DNA from: Octopus sinensis
Lineage: Eukaryota
DNA length: 64,000 bases
Direction of reading: 5' to 3'
NCBI RefSeq assembly: GCF_006345805.1
Contig: NC_043009.1
Coordinates: forward strand, 65,348,001 to 65,412,000
Shown here piece by piece: positions 23,952-38,645 of the stretch. A model generated the notes under the pieces. It was not told the DNA's origin. It saw only the letters and a program-made list of their open reading frames with translations, and ran no database searches. Position 1 is the stretch's first letter, and the number at the start of each line of letters is the position of its first letter. The position numbers were made by a program, and so were the translations under genes.

Positions 23952-24153
23952 TTGATTTCGAAACGTGCGTCCGTAGATAACTTAAAATTGTATGATAGAT
24001 TGCCGTCAATTCATTCTCTCTTACCTGTTTGTGTCTGCCTTCCAATTGCTGTTTTTACTGAGATCTCCCTTTTTAGTAGAAGAAATAGCTATAACTCTTT
24101 GACTGCTATTTCTAAATTCGGTATGTGGTAAGGCAATTCGTTGCTAAACCCTT
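23945..24153 (+). mobile_element. 5'-truncated distant relative of the 551 bp HHR family
   Basis: GAAAC-GTGC-GTC at 23960-23971. The 3' part GAGATCTCC...AGAAATAGCT...CTGCTATTTCTAA...GTATGTGG...CTAAACCCTT parallels the minus strand of the 551 bp unit. (TA)n lies on both sides. Confidence 0.55.
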
Positions 24154-24379
24154 TATTGCTTAGTATATATATATATATATATATGAGATTGCTAAAATTA
24201 ATTCACAAACACACTATAACACATGTAGCTCCAGGGAAATCTTTTTCTTCTGATATATATATATATATGTATAGATATATATATATATATACTATATATA
24301 TATATATATATTGTGTGGTTGTGTGTGTGTGTGCGTGTTGTGTGTGTGCGCATGTGTGTGCGTGTGTCTGTGTATGTAT

Positions 24380-24595
24380 ATATGCATGTGTGTTTTTATG
24401 TCTCACAACCAATGTTGGTGTGTTTATGTCCCTGTAACTTACCCGTTCGGCAAAAGTGACCGAAATAATAAGTACTAGGCTTACAAAATATAAGTACTGC
24501 GGTCGATTTCATCAACTAAAACCCTTTAAGGCGGTGCTTCAGTATGGTCTCAGTGAAATGACTGAAACATGTAAAAGAATAAAAGAATAAAAGAA
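24380..24595 (+). mobile_element. SINE 3' half (GCGTGGCTG family tail)
   Basis: CAACCAATGTTGGTGTGTTTATGTCCCTGTAAC...TTCGGCAAAAG...TGACTGAAAC...AAAAGAATAAAAG. Confidence 0.7.
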
Positions 24596-24892
24596 AAAAA
24601 GATATATATATATATATACACACATATATATATACACATATATATATAAGCTTAATGCTTTTGTGATCAATAATGACTAGTTTTTGTCGTTTCTTTTTAT
24701 TCGTTCCCTTTTGTGTGTGTTCGCGTTTCGGGGAAGTTTAACATGTGAGAACGATAAAATACTGCTCCGAATTCTATCCAAAAACATCGGGAATAAAGAC
24801 AAATGGAGCCTAAAATAACGGACAAAGTGTTGGACTATGTCCAAGTAAGTAATACTCATTGGAATTTTTTTCTATTTTCCGAATGAAACGCT

Positions 24893-24954
<62 letters not shown>

Positions 24955-24964
24955 ATGAAACGCT

Positions 24965-24998
<34 letters not shown>

Positions 24999-24999
<1 letters not shown>

Positions 25000-25545
25000 G
25001 CCTTTGCACAGAATCTAACGCTGGAGATGTATTACGGTGTCGGCTGTTCACTACCAGTGAACTAAGGTAACACCTTTTATTTTTCGACCACCTTCTGGAG
25101 TATTCGAGCGGTTCCAAGCAGTGCTGTTTTCTGCAAGTGCTCCACCCTTATTGCAGCCCAAATTTTTTCCATGTGCTTCTCAAGATTTTTACTCCCTGTT
25201 CTCAGGGCTCCGTCAATTATTGGTATCACTACCCCCTTTTTCATTGATCACAACAGCTTAACCTCCCAAGCTAACTTGTCATATCTATAGACTTTTCTTT
25301 ATTCCTTATCGCATATTTTGTTGTCAGCTGGCCATGCTATATCTATGATCCATCATCGTTTGCTTGCTTTATAAATTAACACTATGTTTGGTTTACTATT
25401 CTCTATCTCGTGGTCGCACTGAATCATAAAATCCTATAGGATCTTTGCATTATCATTTTCGATGCATTATTATTTTCGGGTTTATGTTCGTACCATTTTT
25501 TTGCTCTGTCAAGTTCATACTTGTTGCAAAATGTCAAATGATAAT
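24999..25545 (-). mobile_element. R4/Dong-clade (restriction-like endonuclease, REL) non-LTR retrotransposon 3' fragment
   Basis: Minus strand encodes KWYEHKPE...FMIQCDHEIENSKPNIV...IIDIAWPADN...LQKTALLGTARIL with stops, and the 3' end abuts (AAT)n. Confidence 0.75.
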
Positions 25546-25577
25546 AAATGGACATAGTATTTCCATTTATTATGATA

Positions 25578-25659
<82 letters not shown>

Positions 25660-25700
25660 TGATGATGATGACAATAATAATAATAATGATGATGATGGTG

Positions 25701-25739
<39 letters not shown>

Positions 25740-25741
25740 TA

Positions 25742-26228
25742 ATACAGACCGAACCATCAAGGCCAATAAACCAGATATTGTTGTGAAAGACCAAAACAAT
25801 AAAGTTTGCTTATTAATCGACATGAGCATCCCCTGTGATCATAATATCTCAGCGAAAGAGTTTGACAAGCTCAGAAAATATAAAGACCTACTCATTGAAA
25901 TTGAGAAAATGTGGCATCTCAAGGCGGTTACAATACCAGTGATCGTAGGAGCACTAGGAATGATCGAGAAGGGAACCGAAAATTATATGAGACTGATCCC
26001 TAGCTTACCATCCCTGCACGAAGTGCAAAAGATTGTCTTAACTGGTACATCAAACGTATTGAGAAGAGCATTTTCAATGTGACAACTGTTGCTGCTCATG
26101 TATTTTAATATAACTTAAAAAAAAAAATGAACGAACTATTGAGTTTGGTTTAATGGCCTACCAATGTATACTATGATTTTCTTTGCCCTAGGAGTCGGGA
26201 AGACACTCGGCAAGAAATGGAAGCACAT
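25742..26228 (+). mobile_element. R4/Dong-clade non-LTR retrotransposon 3' fragment (REL endonuclease remnant plus 3' UTR)
   Basis: TDRTIKANKPDIVVKD...LIDMSIPCD...KLRKYKDL...IPVIVGALG...QKIVLTGTSNVLRR. (TAA)n lies on both sides. Confidence 0.85.
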
Positions 26229-26246
26229 TTGAAAGAAGAAAAAAAA

Positions 26247-26316
<70 letters not shown>

Positions 26317-26324
26317 TGATGGTG

Positions 26325-26406
<82 letters not shown>

Positions 26407-26834
26407 TTTAGCCAAAACTCATGTCGGATCAGAGGAAATATTAAAAATGACAAATAGTAAAAGAATGAAAATAATAACAGTGATGATAATAATAATAATG
26501 AAAGTAAGTGGTTGGAATCTCCCCTTGTCCTGATTGATGATATATCTAGTGATGGTGTCACAATAAAAACACTGGTAATTGTGCAATCTGATAATCGTTA
26601 CTTCATGTGAGTGGCAACGTAGAAACAAAATATTGTGAATAAGAGTCGTAATGAAACCGAAGCCCTTGATGGTGATAGTGTTGCACTCGGCAGGCTCAGA
26701 GATACTGGTCCGACTCCAGCTTGTCGATATCCAGTAAGAGTACAGTAAACACAGCATATATGGAACAAACAAGTCAATGCTGTGCTCATGAAGTGTTACT
26801 ATCTGAGCAACCCAGTATAATTATTATTATTATT

Positions 26835-27077
26835 CTATGTTTGTCTTTTGCTTTACATTTGTGCGAGTTGGCTCCAAGTCTCACCCAGAGACCTCAAGAG
26901 ACAACAAGTTGGAAGTTCATGTTGGTGCTATGCCTAGAGTGCCATATATTTGGTTTTGTACTTAGTGTTGTACTAGTGAATGTCTAAAAAACATACGAAA
27001 ATTATATTTGTTTTAAAACTTGAGATTACATAGAAAGTATTTTGCGTAGGATATGAGCAGTTCCCATGAGTACTATG

Positions 27078-27080
<3 letters not shown>
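26835..27080 (-). mobile_element. R4/Dong-like extreme 3' end plus UTR
   Basis: Minus strand KIVLMGTAHILRKILSM* followed by a UTR ending in (AAT)n. Confidence 0.7.
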
Positions 27081-27149
<69 letters not shown>

Positions 27150-27152
<3 letters not shown>

Positions 27153-27545
27153 TATTTACTTTCAATCTGCATGTTTGTTACAATAATTCATCTGCATGTT
27201 TGTTACAATAACTCGCCGCAACACATCCATCGTCCTAGGGCGAGTGAAGGATAAAACGTGCTACAATTTGACTGAAAGCTTGAGGAAAGGAATGGCGGTG
27301 TCAGTAGCGAAATATCTTCATGTAATAAAATACATACATTTAAATGGATAGGGTCTTTCTACGGGTGTGGGCAGTAGTAGTCAGCATAGTCTCTTGGATT
27401 TCTCCGAGACATGGTTTTCCTGGGATATCATCTAGCTGTTTCTCACATCCCTTTCTTATCATACCTAGAACACCCACGATAACAGGATAAGTTCTCGCTT
27501 TAAGATGGCACATCTTTTGTATTTTGATTTCCAGGTCGTTATATT
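27150..27545 (-). mobile_element. R4/Dong-like 3' fragment
   Basis: KYNDLEIKIQKMCHLKARTYPVIVGVLGMI...TTAHTRRKTLSI* plus UTR, bounded by (TAA)n tracts. Confidence 0.78.
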
Positions 27546-27547
27546 TA

Positions 27548-27587
<40 letters not shown>

Positions 27588-27607
27588 TATTATTATTATT
27601 ATTATTA

Positions 27608-27639
<32 letters not shown>

Positions 27640-28098
27640 TTCTGATTTCAAATCCGACCTAGAGCAGACCGTCTCTTATCTCTGTTGGCATGGTAATAAA
27701 CATACCAATTAAGCATAGGGGTCAAAATGTAGCTATTAAACGGAGAGTTATACGCGTTACCTGCAAGTATTTCAATATAAAATTACATTTGATAACATGA
27801 TAGCTAGGGTACATGGACGACTTAGCCACCTCGCAATAAATACAATATTTATATGTGCATGCATATCTACATGTTTATGTGTGTGTGTGTGTATATGCAT
27901 GTATGCATGTATCTGTGTATGTGTGTGTATGTATATATATATATATATATATATATACGTATACAAACACATATATTTATATAAAATACATACATACAAT
28001 CACATACATATATATACATACATTTATACATAAATATATATACATATATACTCACACATATATATACATACATTTATACATATATATACATACATAAG

Positions 28099-28133
<35 letters not shown>

Positions 28134-28256
28134 GTAAGCAGAGATACACATAGACACACAAGCATACACGGGTGTACCTACGCAGGTATGAATTCCTAAG
28201 AACACACTGATGTGCGCACGTGTACGTGCATGAGTGCGTGTGTAAGTATGAGTGGG

Positions 28257-28295
<39 letters not shown>

Positions 28296-28554
28296 CCGAT
28301 TGAATTAGCTATTTTCTATCATTCCTTCTCTTTGTTTAAGAATTTTTTTTCTTATTTCTTCGCTGGTATCTGCTGGCAAAAACTATTAGTTATAGATTAA
28401 AAATTAAAAAAAAAGGTAGCATAACCATGTAGGAGTTTATATATGTGCACATATTTCATATATACACACACATGCATATATATATGTATATACGTGTATA
28501 CATGTATACATGTATGAATTAATGTATATAAGTATATATATATATGTGTATATA

Positions 28555-28600
<46 letters not shown>

Positions 28601-29134
28601 ATATATATATATGTATATGTATATATATATACATATATATGTATGTATGTGTGTGTGTATGTGTGTGTGTGTGTGTGTGTATGTACATATATTTATACGT
28701 CTATGCACATATATATGGTAAAGCTATTTCTCGGGCGAAATTTAATTAATTTTTCTACGCAACCAACACACACACACACACACACACACGTATATATATA
28801 TATATATACATAAATGCCTTTCTCTATTACACACTATATGTATTCCCTTGTTTATTATGTTTTTTTTATTACTGTTTGTGTTGTGTGTCTCCGACTCCAT
28901 CTTGCTGCTCTCTGCCCAAGAAAGATATAAGAGTGAATGAAACAGAAATATCGCACGTATAAAAACAACAACAAGTGCTAGAATGAAATAACCTGTTTAA
29001 ATATGTATTACGATGTTTATTTATTGTTTTGCTTTCTGTTTGTATATTTATCGAATTGATTTGGCGATTGGCTTAATTTTTGCCTTTTATTTCCTTCTTT
29101 GAACACAAAAACAAAAAAAAAAATAATGATAATA

Positions 29135-29166
<32 letters not shown>

Positions 29167-29171
29167 TAATA

Positions 29172-29243
<72 letters not shown>

Positions 29244-29554
29244 AAGAAGAAGAAGAAGGTGAAGAAAAAAGATAAAGATGTCCAGATTGAAAAGTCGATT
29301 CATTTATGTAACATTTTCACACGTATACACGCGCCCAGACATACGTACGTGTATTTGTGAGTATATATATATCTAAACACGTGCATACACACACACACAT
29401 ATATATATCTATATATGCATACATATAGCTATATGAAAAATTTGAATATACAGGTACACACATACATATATATATATATATATAAATGTATGTATGTGTA
29501 TATATGTATATATATATATATATGTATGTATATATATATATATTATATATATAT

Positions 29555-29632
<78 letters not shown>

Positions 29633-29704
29633 TGGTGAAAACGGTAAGATAACAAAAGAAAGAAAGAGACCTCAATATTATATATATATATATATATATA
29701 TAAT

Positions 29705-29735
<31 letters not shown>

Positions 29736-30517
29736 GATATATACGTATATAAATATAAATGTATATATGTATATACAAAGGTATGTGTATATGTGTGTTT
29801 GATTCTTTGTACAAGTGTATATATAAGGATAAGGCAACGCACATGTGGGTATATATTGCTGTATGTAAAATAGCGAGTATATACAATTGGTCGTGTAGGT
29901 TCAGTGTTGAAGACAAGAAAACTTTGCGACAATTCTTTCTCCCGATTTGGTGAAGTCAATAAAAAGCCAAATTCCTATCTGAACATACACTCGCAGAGAG
30001 GGATAAAAACACACATGGACACAGAATATAACACACACATACGCTCGTACACGCACACACAATTGGGAGCGCATATAGATAATTTCTCCCAAAAAGTTTT
30101 CTTCCCAGAATGCTTTAATATTTTAAGAGCTGTTGCTATTATTACTGTGCAATCTTATCTGCTCCTCCCACAAAACAAAAGGTAGTCTCTTATATCTATG
30201 TACACGCCTGCGCGCGCACGCGAGTACACCACCCCGTACGTACACACACAAACACACACACACACACAACTATGGAAGGCTTCTCGTTATGCCTATATAC
30301 CTACATACACACATGTACCTTCATGATTCCGTACATATGTGTTTGTGTGAGTAATTAAGGCAAGGCAAATATCTCAAGTCATATACAATATTATGATTTG
30401 AGATATCTGTCTTGCCTTAATGTTTGTCGTCCTGTTTAACTAATAATATATACATACATATATGTGTGTGTGTGCATAAATATACATATGTATATGTATA
30501 CGTACACACACACATGT

Positions 30518-30579
<62 letters not shown>

Positions 30580-30884
30580 GCACGCACACACACACATATA
30601 TATATATATACGCACGCACACATACACACATACGCACACATACATATATATATGATATAATATATCAAATAAAATCAATAACAGAACACAAAGGATATCG
30701 CGGTACACGTGTTTCAAGCTTTATAAACGATCTGTTCATTACATCAGTGCATAATAGATATAAAAGATGGTTTAAAGCTCTCTTCAGCCGCATACATTGT
30801 TATTCCATATATGATATATTTGATTTTCTTGTGTATATATGTTAATTCGTATACATTGATGCCCACCCACAAACGTATATTGGT

Positions 30885-31091
30885 TACAAATTCTGATACA
30901 AGGCCAATAGTTTTGGTTGTGGGGCTAAGTCGATTACATCGACCCCCAGTGTTTCGCTGGTACTTATTTTATCGATTTTGAAACGATGGAAGGAAAAGTC
31001 GACCTCAGAGGAAATTGAACTCAGAACGTAGCGATGTGCGAAATTCCACCAAGCATTAAGCCCGGCGTGCAAACGATTCTGCCAGCTCACC
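30885..31091 (-). mobile_element. SINE, GGTGAGCTGGCAGAA-head family
   Basis: The reverse complement begins GGTGAGCTGGCAGAATCGTTTGCACGCCGGG. Confidence 0.8.
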
Positions 31092-31339
31092 GACTTGCCA
31101 CGCAAATGCACTAAAATACATGCATATATACGTACAAACATGTGTGTATATATATATATATGTATATATATGTGTGTGTGTATATATGTACATATATATA
31201 TATATTTGTATATATATGCATATGTGTGTGCATATATGTATATATATGTGTGTGTAGGCGCTTGTATGTGTGATATACCTGGAAGGTGATTTTTCTTTAA
31301 TGTAAATTTATGAAATGAACCGCAGGCGTGACGCAAGCC

Positions 31340-31700
<361 letters not shown>

Positions 31701-33149
31701 AAATTGTTCTGTTGTAGAAAATTAACAAGTTACAGGAATATCTTAGTTCCCCCTTAAAGAAGGTCGGAATTTCTGTTTTACAACTATTCCGGTTTTTTTG
31801 TATTAATCTTTCCTAACTTTATAAAATTATTATTACCGCCTCTCATTTCATAGCATTGATCACAAATTCGAAGATTGCTTTTTTCAAAGCTCCATCGACG
31901 TTCCATACTTTGTTTTGGTCAAAAGAATATTTTAAACTCCACCGTTTTAGTTTAGATCTGAACTAGCTGAGAAAGTTTCATTTTACTTATATCAAGATCG
32001 TTTGTGATTACGTGTTTGTAAACTTTTTGCGAGTGAGGAAGGAAATGACTGTAAAATATTGAGCCATCTCCGCCCCCAAAAAGAAAGAAAAAGAAAAGAC
32101 ACGTAAACACGACGTATCAAATATTCATTATAGACATGAAAGCAGTTTTAAAGATACTGTTTAAACATAGAGGAGGTTTGTTAAATATACTGTTTGCTTG
32201 CATTAAGTTCATTGAAGTCAACAGATATTCAAGGTAACGGTAGTTTTTAATAAGTTATAACGAGTTAACTCTTTCGGTACGAAGTATATTTCTCTAGCAG
32301 TCATTCGATAACTCATTCATTACACACACACGTGATCAATTAGCTCACTTTGCAATCCTAGAAGCACAGTTTCGATCCAGGGACTTGGTTTCTTGAGTAG
32401 TATGTCTGTCTATGAGCAATTAGCTTACTTGATGGAATAGAAATTACAAAAAAAGGGTGAAAAAAAATAGCACTTTCCTCGTGGCAAACAATGGAGCTTC
32501 TACGGGCTGGTCCGATCTGCTGGAAACAGCAGTTAAGTTTCCTTGAAAGTCACACCTTACTTTCGTTAACAAAAAGGAAGAACACGTTGGATAATACTAT
32601 CCTAGATAAACAGTTTCTGAATAAAAGAGAATATTGTTACGACAAAACACGATTGAATGTCTGCCCGAACAGGGTTTGATCCGGGGCTAAACACAGACAG
32701 CAAGAGCACAGCTCTATCATGAAAGATTTAATTGTTTAATATTAATTGCACCCAAACCGGTGGGAGACTTAACTCTAATTTAGTTAATGACACGCAAAGC
32801 AAGCCGGGATGTATTGCGTTACGTGAAAATGATAAAAAAGCGCGGCTTCTTATATTTAGTCCAGCATCTGCAATAGTTCTAGTTCACTGCAAAACAACGC
32901 ACGATTTGCGGCAGTTTAATAACTGCAGTAATTAATAATTAAGCTAAATATTTCAAACAATAATTTCGATAAAACATAACAAGAATTTAATCAAGTAAAA
33001 TGCAGTGGGTTAGGTTTGCCGAAAATCACCTTCCAGCGTCGTCGTTGCGAACTTGTTTGTTTGGCCTTTATATTTTGTGAATTATTAGCAACCGAAGAAG
33101 GCGGCGAACTGGGAGAAGTGTTAGCTTTTTCCGGAAAAATGCTTATCGG

Positions 33150-33510
33150 CAAACTGGCAGAATCGTTAGCACACCGTTGCGTTGTGAGTTCAAATTCCGC
33201 CGAGGTCGACTTTGACTTTCGTTCTTTCGGGGTCGATTAAATAAGTACCAGTTACGCACTGGGGTCGATGTAATCGACTTAATCCGTTTGTCTTTCCTTG
33301 TTTGTCCCCTCCGTGTTTAGCCCCTTGTGGATAGTAAAGAAATAGGTATTTCATTCGTCTTTATGTTCAGAGTTCAAGTCCTGTAGAGGTCGACTCCACT
33401 TTTTCCTCCTTTTCGGGTCGGAAACATAAGTACCAGTTGAGCACTGGGGTCAATATTGACTTAGCCCGTCACCCGAAATTCCTGGCCTTGTGCCAAAATT
33501 TGAAACCATG
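33150..33510 (+). mobile_element. SINE, GGTGAGCTGGCAGAA family, two tandem body units
   Basis: CTGGCAGAATCGTTAGCAC...GAGTTCAAATTCCGCCGAGGTCGAC, then a second GAGTTCAAGTCC unit. Confidence 0.78.
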
Positions 33511-34702
33511 AGCAACCGAAGAACCTGTTGTCACTGTTAGTGCCAGTGAGCTCTGATCAAACAGACTTATGTCTAAACGTGGGACAACTGTGACCGTCCC
33601 AGTTTTATCCTTTTTCTTTTTTCAATATATCAGGGACTTCAATGTCATCTCTGAATCAGGGACCGCAATGTCATCCCTGATATCAACAATTACAGGGCGT
33701 ATAGTCCCGTTCAATGACCGATTATTTAGGGCTGTGTTGTCATTCTTCATTTAAGACTCTGTAGACACTTCACAATATTATTGGGACTGATTCAATGAAT
33801 CTTTGCTGCTGTTATTGCTGTTTAGGCCCAAGTAAACAGTGATTGACGAAAACTATACAAGCTTTATCAGACGATGAGTGAAAGATAAATGCTATGCGTA
33901 AAGTTTACAGTCTTTATTTAACTGGATAAAGCAAGTACTGAAGATTCAACTTCAGAAGAAGTTGATTAAAGATGGATCTGAATGAAAACTATATATTAGA
34001 GGCAGAGGCAGTTTTAGACGAGGAACAGGCTATACTGCGATAGATACCGCGAGAGAAACTCTCACTCTGGTTAGCTATGCAAACAAGAGGGCACTTTGCA
34101 CCACAAGCCAGTATGAGATTTCTTTATCATGGTATCAGCGGGAGCTGATTAAATGTCATTTGCAGAAAATAAGGCGACGACCTGGCAAAACTATTTGCAC
34201 GCTAGACAAAATGCTAAGCAGAATTTTTTCCATCTTTACGTTCTGAGTTCAAATTCCGCTGAGGTTGACTTTGCCTCTAACCTTTTGGGGTCGATGAAAT
34301 AAGTACCAGTTGAACAATGCTATTGATGTAATCTCGACAAACCTTTTCACCCAAAATTTCAAACCTTGTGCCCATAGTAGAAAGTAGCTTAGATATTTGT
34401 CAATCATATTAATCCATAATATTGAGCTCATAGGTTTCCCGTATATAAGATCGAAAGTAAATCACACGACTAAAGAAAATTAGGTTTTTCTTCGGTAAGA
34501 AAAGCTTCAGAGTGTAAGGACAACTAGGGAATACTTAATCTATTGAATATAGCAACCGAACCTGCCTGAAGTCCAAATCTATTCTGTTAAAAAGAAATGA
34601 TATATTGGATCATATATTTTGAAAACCAATATGTCTGTAAGATGTGGCAGCAGCGATGTCTAGAATTCTTTTGATGATTGCTTATTATAAGAATAATCAA
34701 AT

Positions 34703-34922
34703 AAGGTGACGAGTTGGCAGAATCGTTGACACGCCGGGCAAATTATTTAGCGGCATTTCGACCATCTTTATGTTCTGTGTTCAAATTCCACCGGAGTTGA
34801 CATTGTTTATCATCCTTTTGAGGTCGATAAAATAAGTACAAATTGAACATTGAAGCCGGCAGAATTTGAACTCAAAGTGTAGCATTTCGCCCAGCGTGCT
34901 AACGCTTCTGCCAGCTCGCCGC
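34703..34922. mobile_element. Two SINE heads (GGTGAGCTGG family) in opposite orientation
   Basis: Plus-strand head at 34703 (GGTGACGAGTTGGCAGAATCG) and minus-strand head ending near 34922 (GCTTCTGCCAGCTCGCC). Confidence 0.65.
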
Positions 34923-35359
34923 TTTGCACACGCAAACATATTGTCAAGAAACGCACCTCTTACAGCTTCCGTCAAAAATTCGTTACCGAAAGGCGGTGCT
35001 CCAGCATGGCCGCAGTCAAATAATTGAAACAAGTAAAAGAGTAAAAGAGTATCAACCTTGCTAAGTAATGGATATGTTCAACACTTATTGCACTTCTTAA
35101 TAACTGGAAAATAGTACGCAATACAATTAATAATAATTTCACAGTAATTTTATTTGAAGAAAGCCAAATCATTAGAACGCTCATTTGCATAATTATTTTC
35201 ATAATTGTTATTAATAGTTTTCCTCGTTTTCGTTTCCTTCCAAAAGGAAAATGAAATAAAACTCATTGCTTTATGTTATTGTTGCTCTTATGTCGAGGGA
35301 AGGCTGTAAAAACAATGGTAAATCTTATTCTTTTGTTGTAATTAACTTAAAAGAATGAT

Positions 35360-35407
<48 letters not shown>

Positions 35408-35500
35408 ACAATACTCGCACCCCCACCCAGGTAACATGAAAAGTAGCCAAGCAAAAGAAACAACGATAGCAACATTCATAGCAACAACAGCAACGACATC

Positions 35501-35556
<56 letters not shown>

Positions 35557-36378
35557 CAATGATGATGATGATGATGATGATGATGATAATAATAATAATA
35601 ATAATATAATGATAATAATAATAATAATAATGATGATGATGATATAATAATAATAATAATCTTCATCAGTAATAGAAATATAACACAAAAAAAAAGAAAA
35701 AAGAAAAGACAGCGACAATAACTACCAAAGACAATAATTTCCAGAAGAAATGTAGTTCTTTTTCCAGGGATTTAAATTATTTACAATTTTGTCAAAGAAT
35801 AACTGTTAATCTCGAAACAGCGAATATAAATGCATTTGGTAAACATCTGTCTGCTAAAAACGCTATGTTTCACAACTTCTGTTTCAACAGACAGTTATTA
35901 GTGTTTGTTGTTGCTGTTGCTGTTGATGTTGCTGTTGATGTTGTTTTTGTTGTGGTTGTTGTTATAGTCCTTGCTGCTGTTTTTATTGTCCTTATAAACA
36001 GAAAACCTGACTTGTTCAGGCGTTTAAAAAGCCATCTTTCATCCTCCTGCTTTTATTCTCCTTCATTTTATTGGTGTACATTTATTCTTTATAGTTATTT
36101 TTATTATTCATTTTTTTTTCGTGGGAGCTGTTTTTTTTTGTTTTTTTTTTGCGGATTTTTGTCTTTTTTTTCTCCATCTGTACTTCGTGAATTTCACTCG
36201 CATTTTTTTTTTTTTTGGTCTTCATACATTCGTGTCTACATGGTTTTCTTGTGTTCCTCTCTTCATATCTTGTACGTCTCAGATTCACAATCTCTTAGTA
36301 CGTCTCTCTCTCCCTCATTCGCGCTCTCTCTCTTTTACTATCACTCTCTACATATATATATACACACATATATATACA

Positions 36379-36440
<62 letters not shown>

Positions 36441-38439
36441 CACATATATATATATATATATATACATATATATATTTACGTGCATGTATATATATGTAGG
36501 TAATATATATATACGTAAAAATATGTACATACATATTTATAAATGTATATTATATATGTATATATAAATATATTTATGCACATATGTATATACACTAAAT
36601 ACGGACATGAATACTTGCGTGCTTACACATATACATATAAATATGCAAACAAATATATTTTACCTCTCATTTTCCATTTCGCTTTATCAAACTAAATCTA
36701 GTTCAAGCATATATGTTTTTTATTTTCTTTGTTGTGTAATTCAGAAGGTAAAGAATTGGTACCACATATTTGATGTTTTTAATTATTCACGCCACCTGGC
36801 GGAAGTAAATCATTATATAATGTACAGGTATTTTATTTGACATAAATGAAATTTTCATGGAGTTGGTATCTCACCATACCCGCACGCACTGTACTGACGA
36901 ACCGAAGTAAGTCGATTGTGCAATGTTATGATACGGAGAGGAATAAAATTCCATCTGCTTGGTGAATTATTTATTTTTCTAGTGTATGAATTTCACTTAA
37001 ACTCATAAGATTTCCCTTGCAGAGATGTTCCGACGGAATAAAATACATTACTTATTAGGTATATCCTGAGGAGCAGCGTAGCAGATATGGTAAGAGAATT
37101 GAACCAAACGTCCAAGAATATCTAACTTCCTTCTTCAGCTTTCTGGATCATGAGTTATCCTGGTCAGTTTTAGCTTTAAACGCTATAAATCCATTGGCGC
37201 GATTGTGCACGTTTCAGGAATATTATTCATTTATATAAGTGAAAACTGACAATTGATGTCTTTATTTTAGTATGAGAAATCAATATGAAGCTTTAAGTCA
37301 GGGTTAAACACTAGTTTTATTTTAATTCAAGTTCGAAAGTTCCTTGTGAAGATTTCACAGTCTTTCTGAAGAAAATGCAGAAGACGATTAGGATATAAAC
37401 TTTGAGAAGCTCATTTTAAACAGTCTCTGTAAGTTATCCTTAAATCTTACGAGACAAAGATAGATTTTCTGCTTAAATGCTCGACATGCTAGAAGCAAAA
37501 GCTATATCTCTTTAAAATACACCCTGCTTTATTATACAAAGACAGTAAAAGATTCCTTCTGGTAGCTAGAAATAGCAATGAAATCGTACTCGAAGGATAT
37601 TTTGCCATGTTAGAAAAGATCATAGATAAAGTGTTCTTTGGTTCGCTGTATGCAGGGAAATAGGATGGATATGGGAGTGGGAAGGTTTTTCGTCATTAGA
37701 TTGCTCTAATTAAACCATGACATGAGGAGAGGACATTTTAGATGTTGTAATCATGCAGACTCCTACAAGATGGGGTGGTCACAGATAGACGGTCTGTGAT
37801 CAAAAGTGTGCTAAATACGAAGATTGATCTGGAATAACCAGAAGTTTAAAAGATTTGGGTACAAAATGCTTGGATTCGATCAATCCCTGCTAAGTTCCAG
37901 TCAACTGAGATAAAGAAATTTTCCTCAGAAGCAAAACAATAATACTTCATACTTATTTCAGAAATATGCACAAAACGTGGGCAATTGAATATAGTATCAT
38001 ATCGAGATAGAGAAGAATAAACTAGCGGTGGATTTTAAAGCCATAACTATGGCTGTTGGTCACTGGATACCGTTATCTACATGGCCTTACTCTTATACTG
38101 TAATATGATATAAATAATACTTTACTTTCAGAAAGCGCTCAACAAAAAGCCACAAGCCAACAATTGGAGTAATGGAAGGTCTCTAGTCCTGCACAGACAT
38201 TGAAGAGCAGCGCTCCTTTGGCAGAATGGCGTTTAACAAACGTGTTTTGCAGAAAAAATTTTTTTTAGAAAAATCAAAATCAAATAGAAACCGACTTTGT
38301 GCGGTGGCTTCTTATTCACATTTTCTTATAATATTTAATTAGGTACAAAGCCTCTTAATTATTTTCTTGGGCCTTCTTCAGTTATCATGGAAATTGTTAA
38401 AGAGAGTGAAGATTTAAATAACTGTATTTTTTTTAAAGT

Positions 38440-38645
38440 ACAAGGCAAGGAATTCTGAGCGAAAGGGTGTAGATAATATTATTGATCGCTGTAATTACCT
38501 TGTATGATATTTTATCGACCCCAGAGGAGTCGAAAACAACGCTCACCTGGACTGGATTTGAACTCAGAATGTACAGGACAAGAAAGAATATCATAAAATA
38601 TTTTTTCTGAAGTTGTAACGATTCTGCTCGCTTGTTGCCGTAAGC
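38440..38645 (-). mobile_element. SINE, GGTGAGCTGG family, degenerate
   Basis: TTTTATCGACCCC...GGATTTGAACTCAGAA...AACGATTCTGC. Confidence 0.65.

Noticed and set aside
32740-33020. CpG- and TAAT-rich unique islands (also ~44860-45120) as conserved non-coding elements
   Set aside because: Plausible, but conservation cannot be judged from a single sequence.
33939-33995. CTGAAGA-TTCAACTTC/GAAGTTGA...GAAAAC hammerhead candidate
   Set aside because: The hairpin does not close onto GAAA, and there is no stem III/NUH or stem I.
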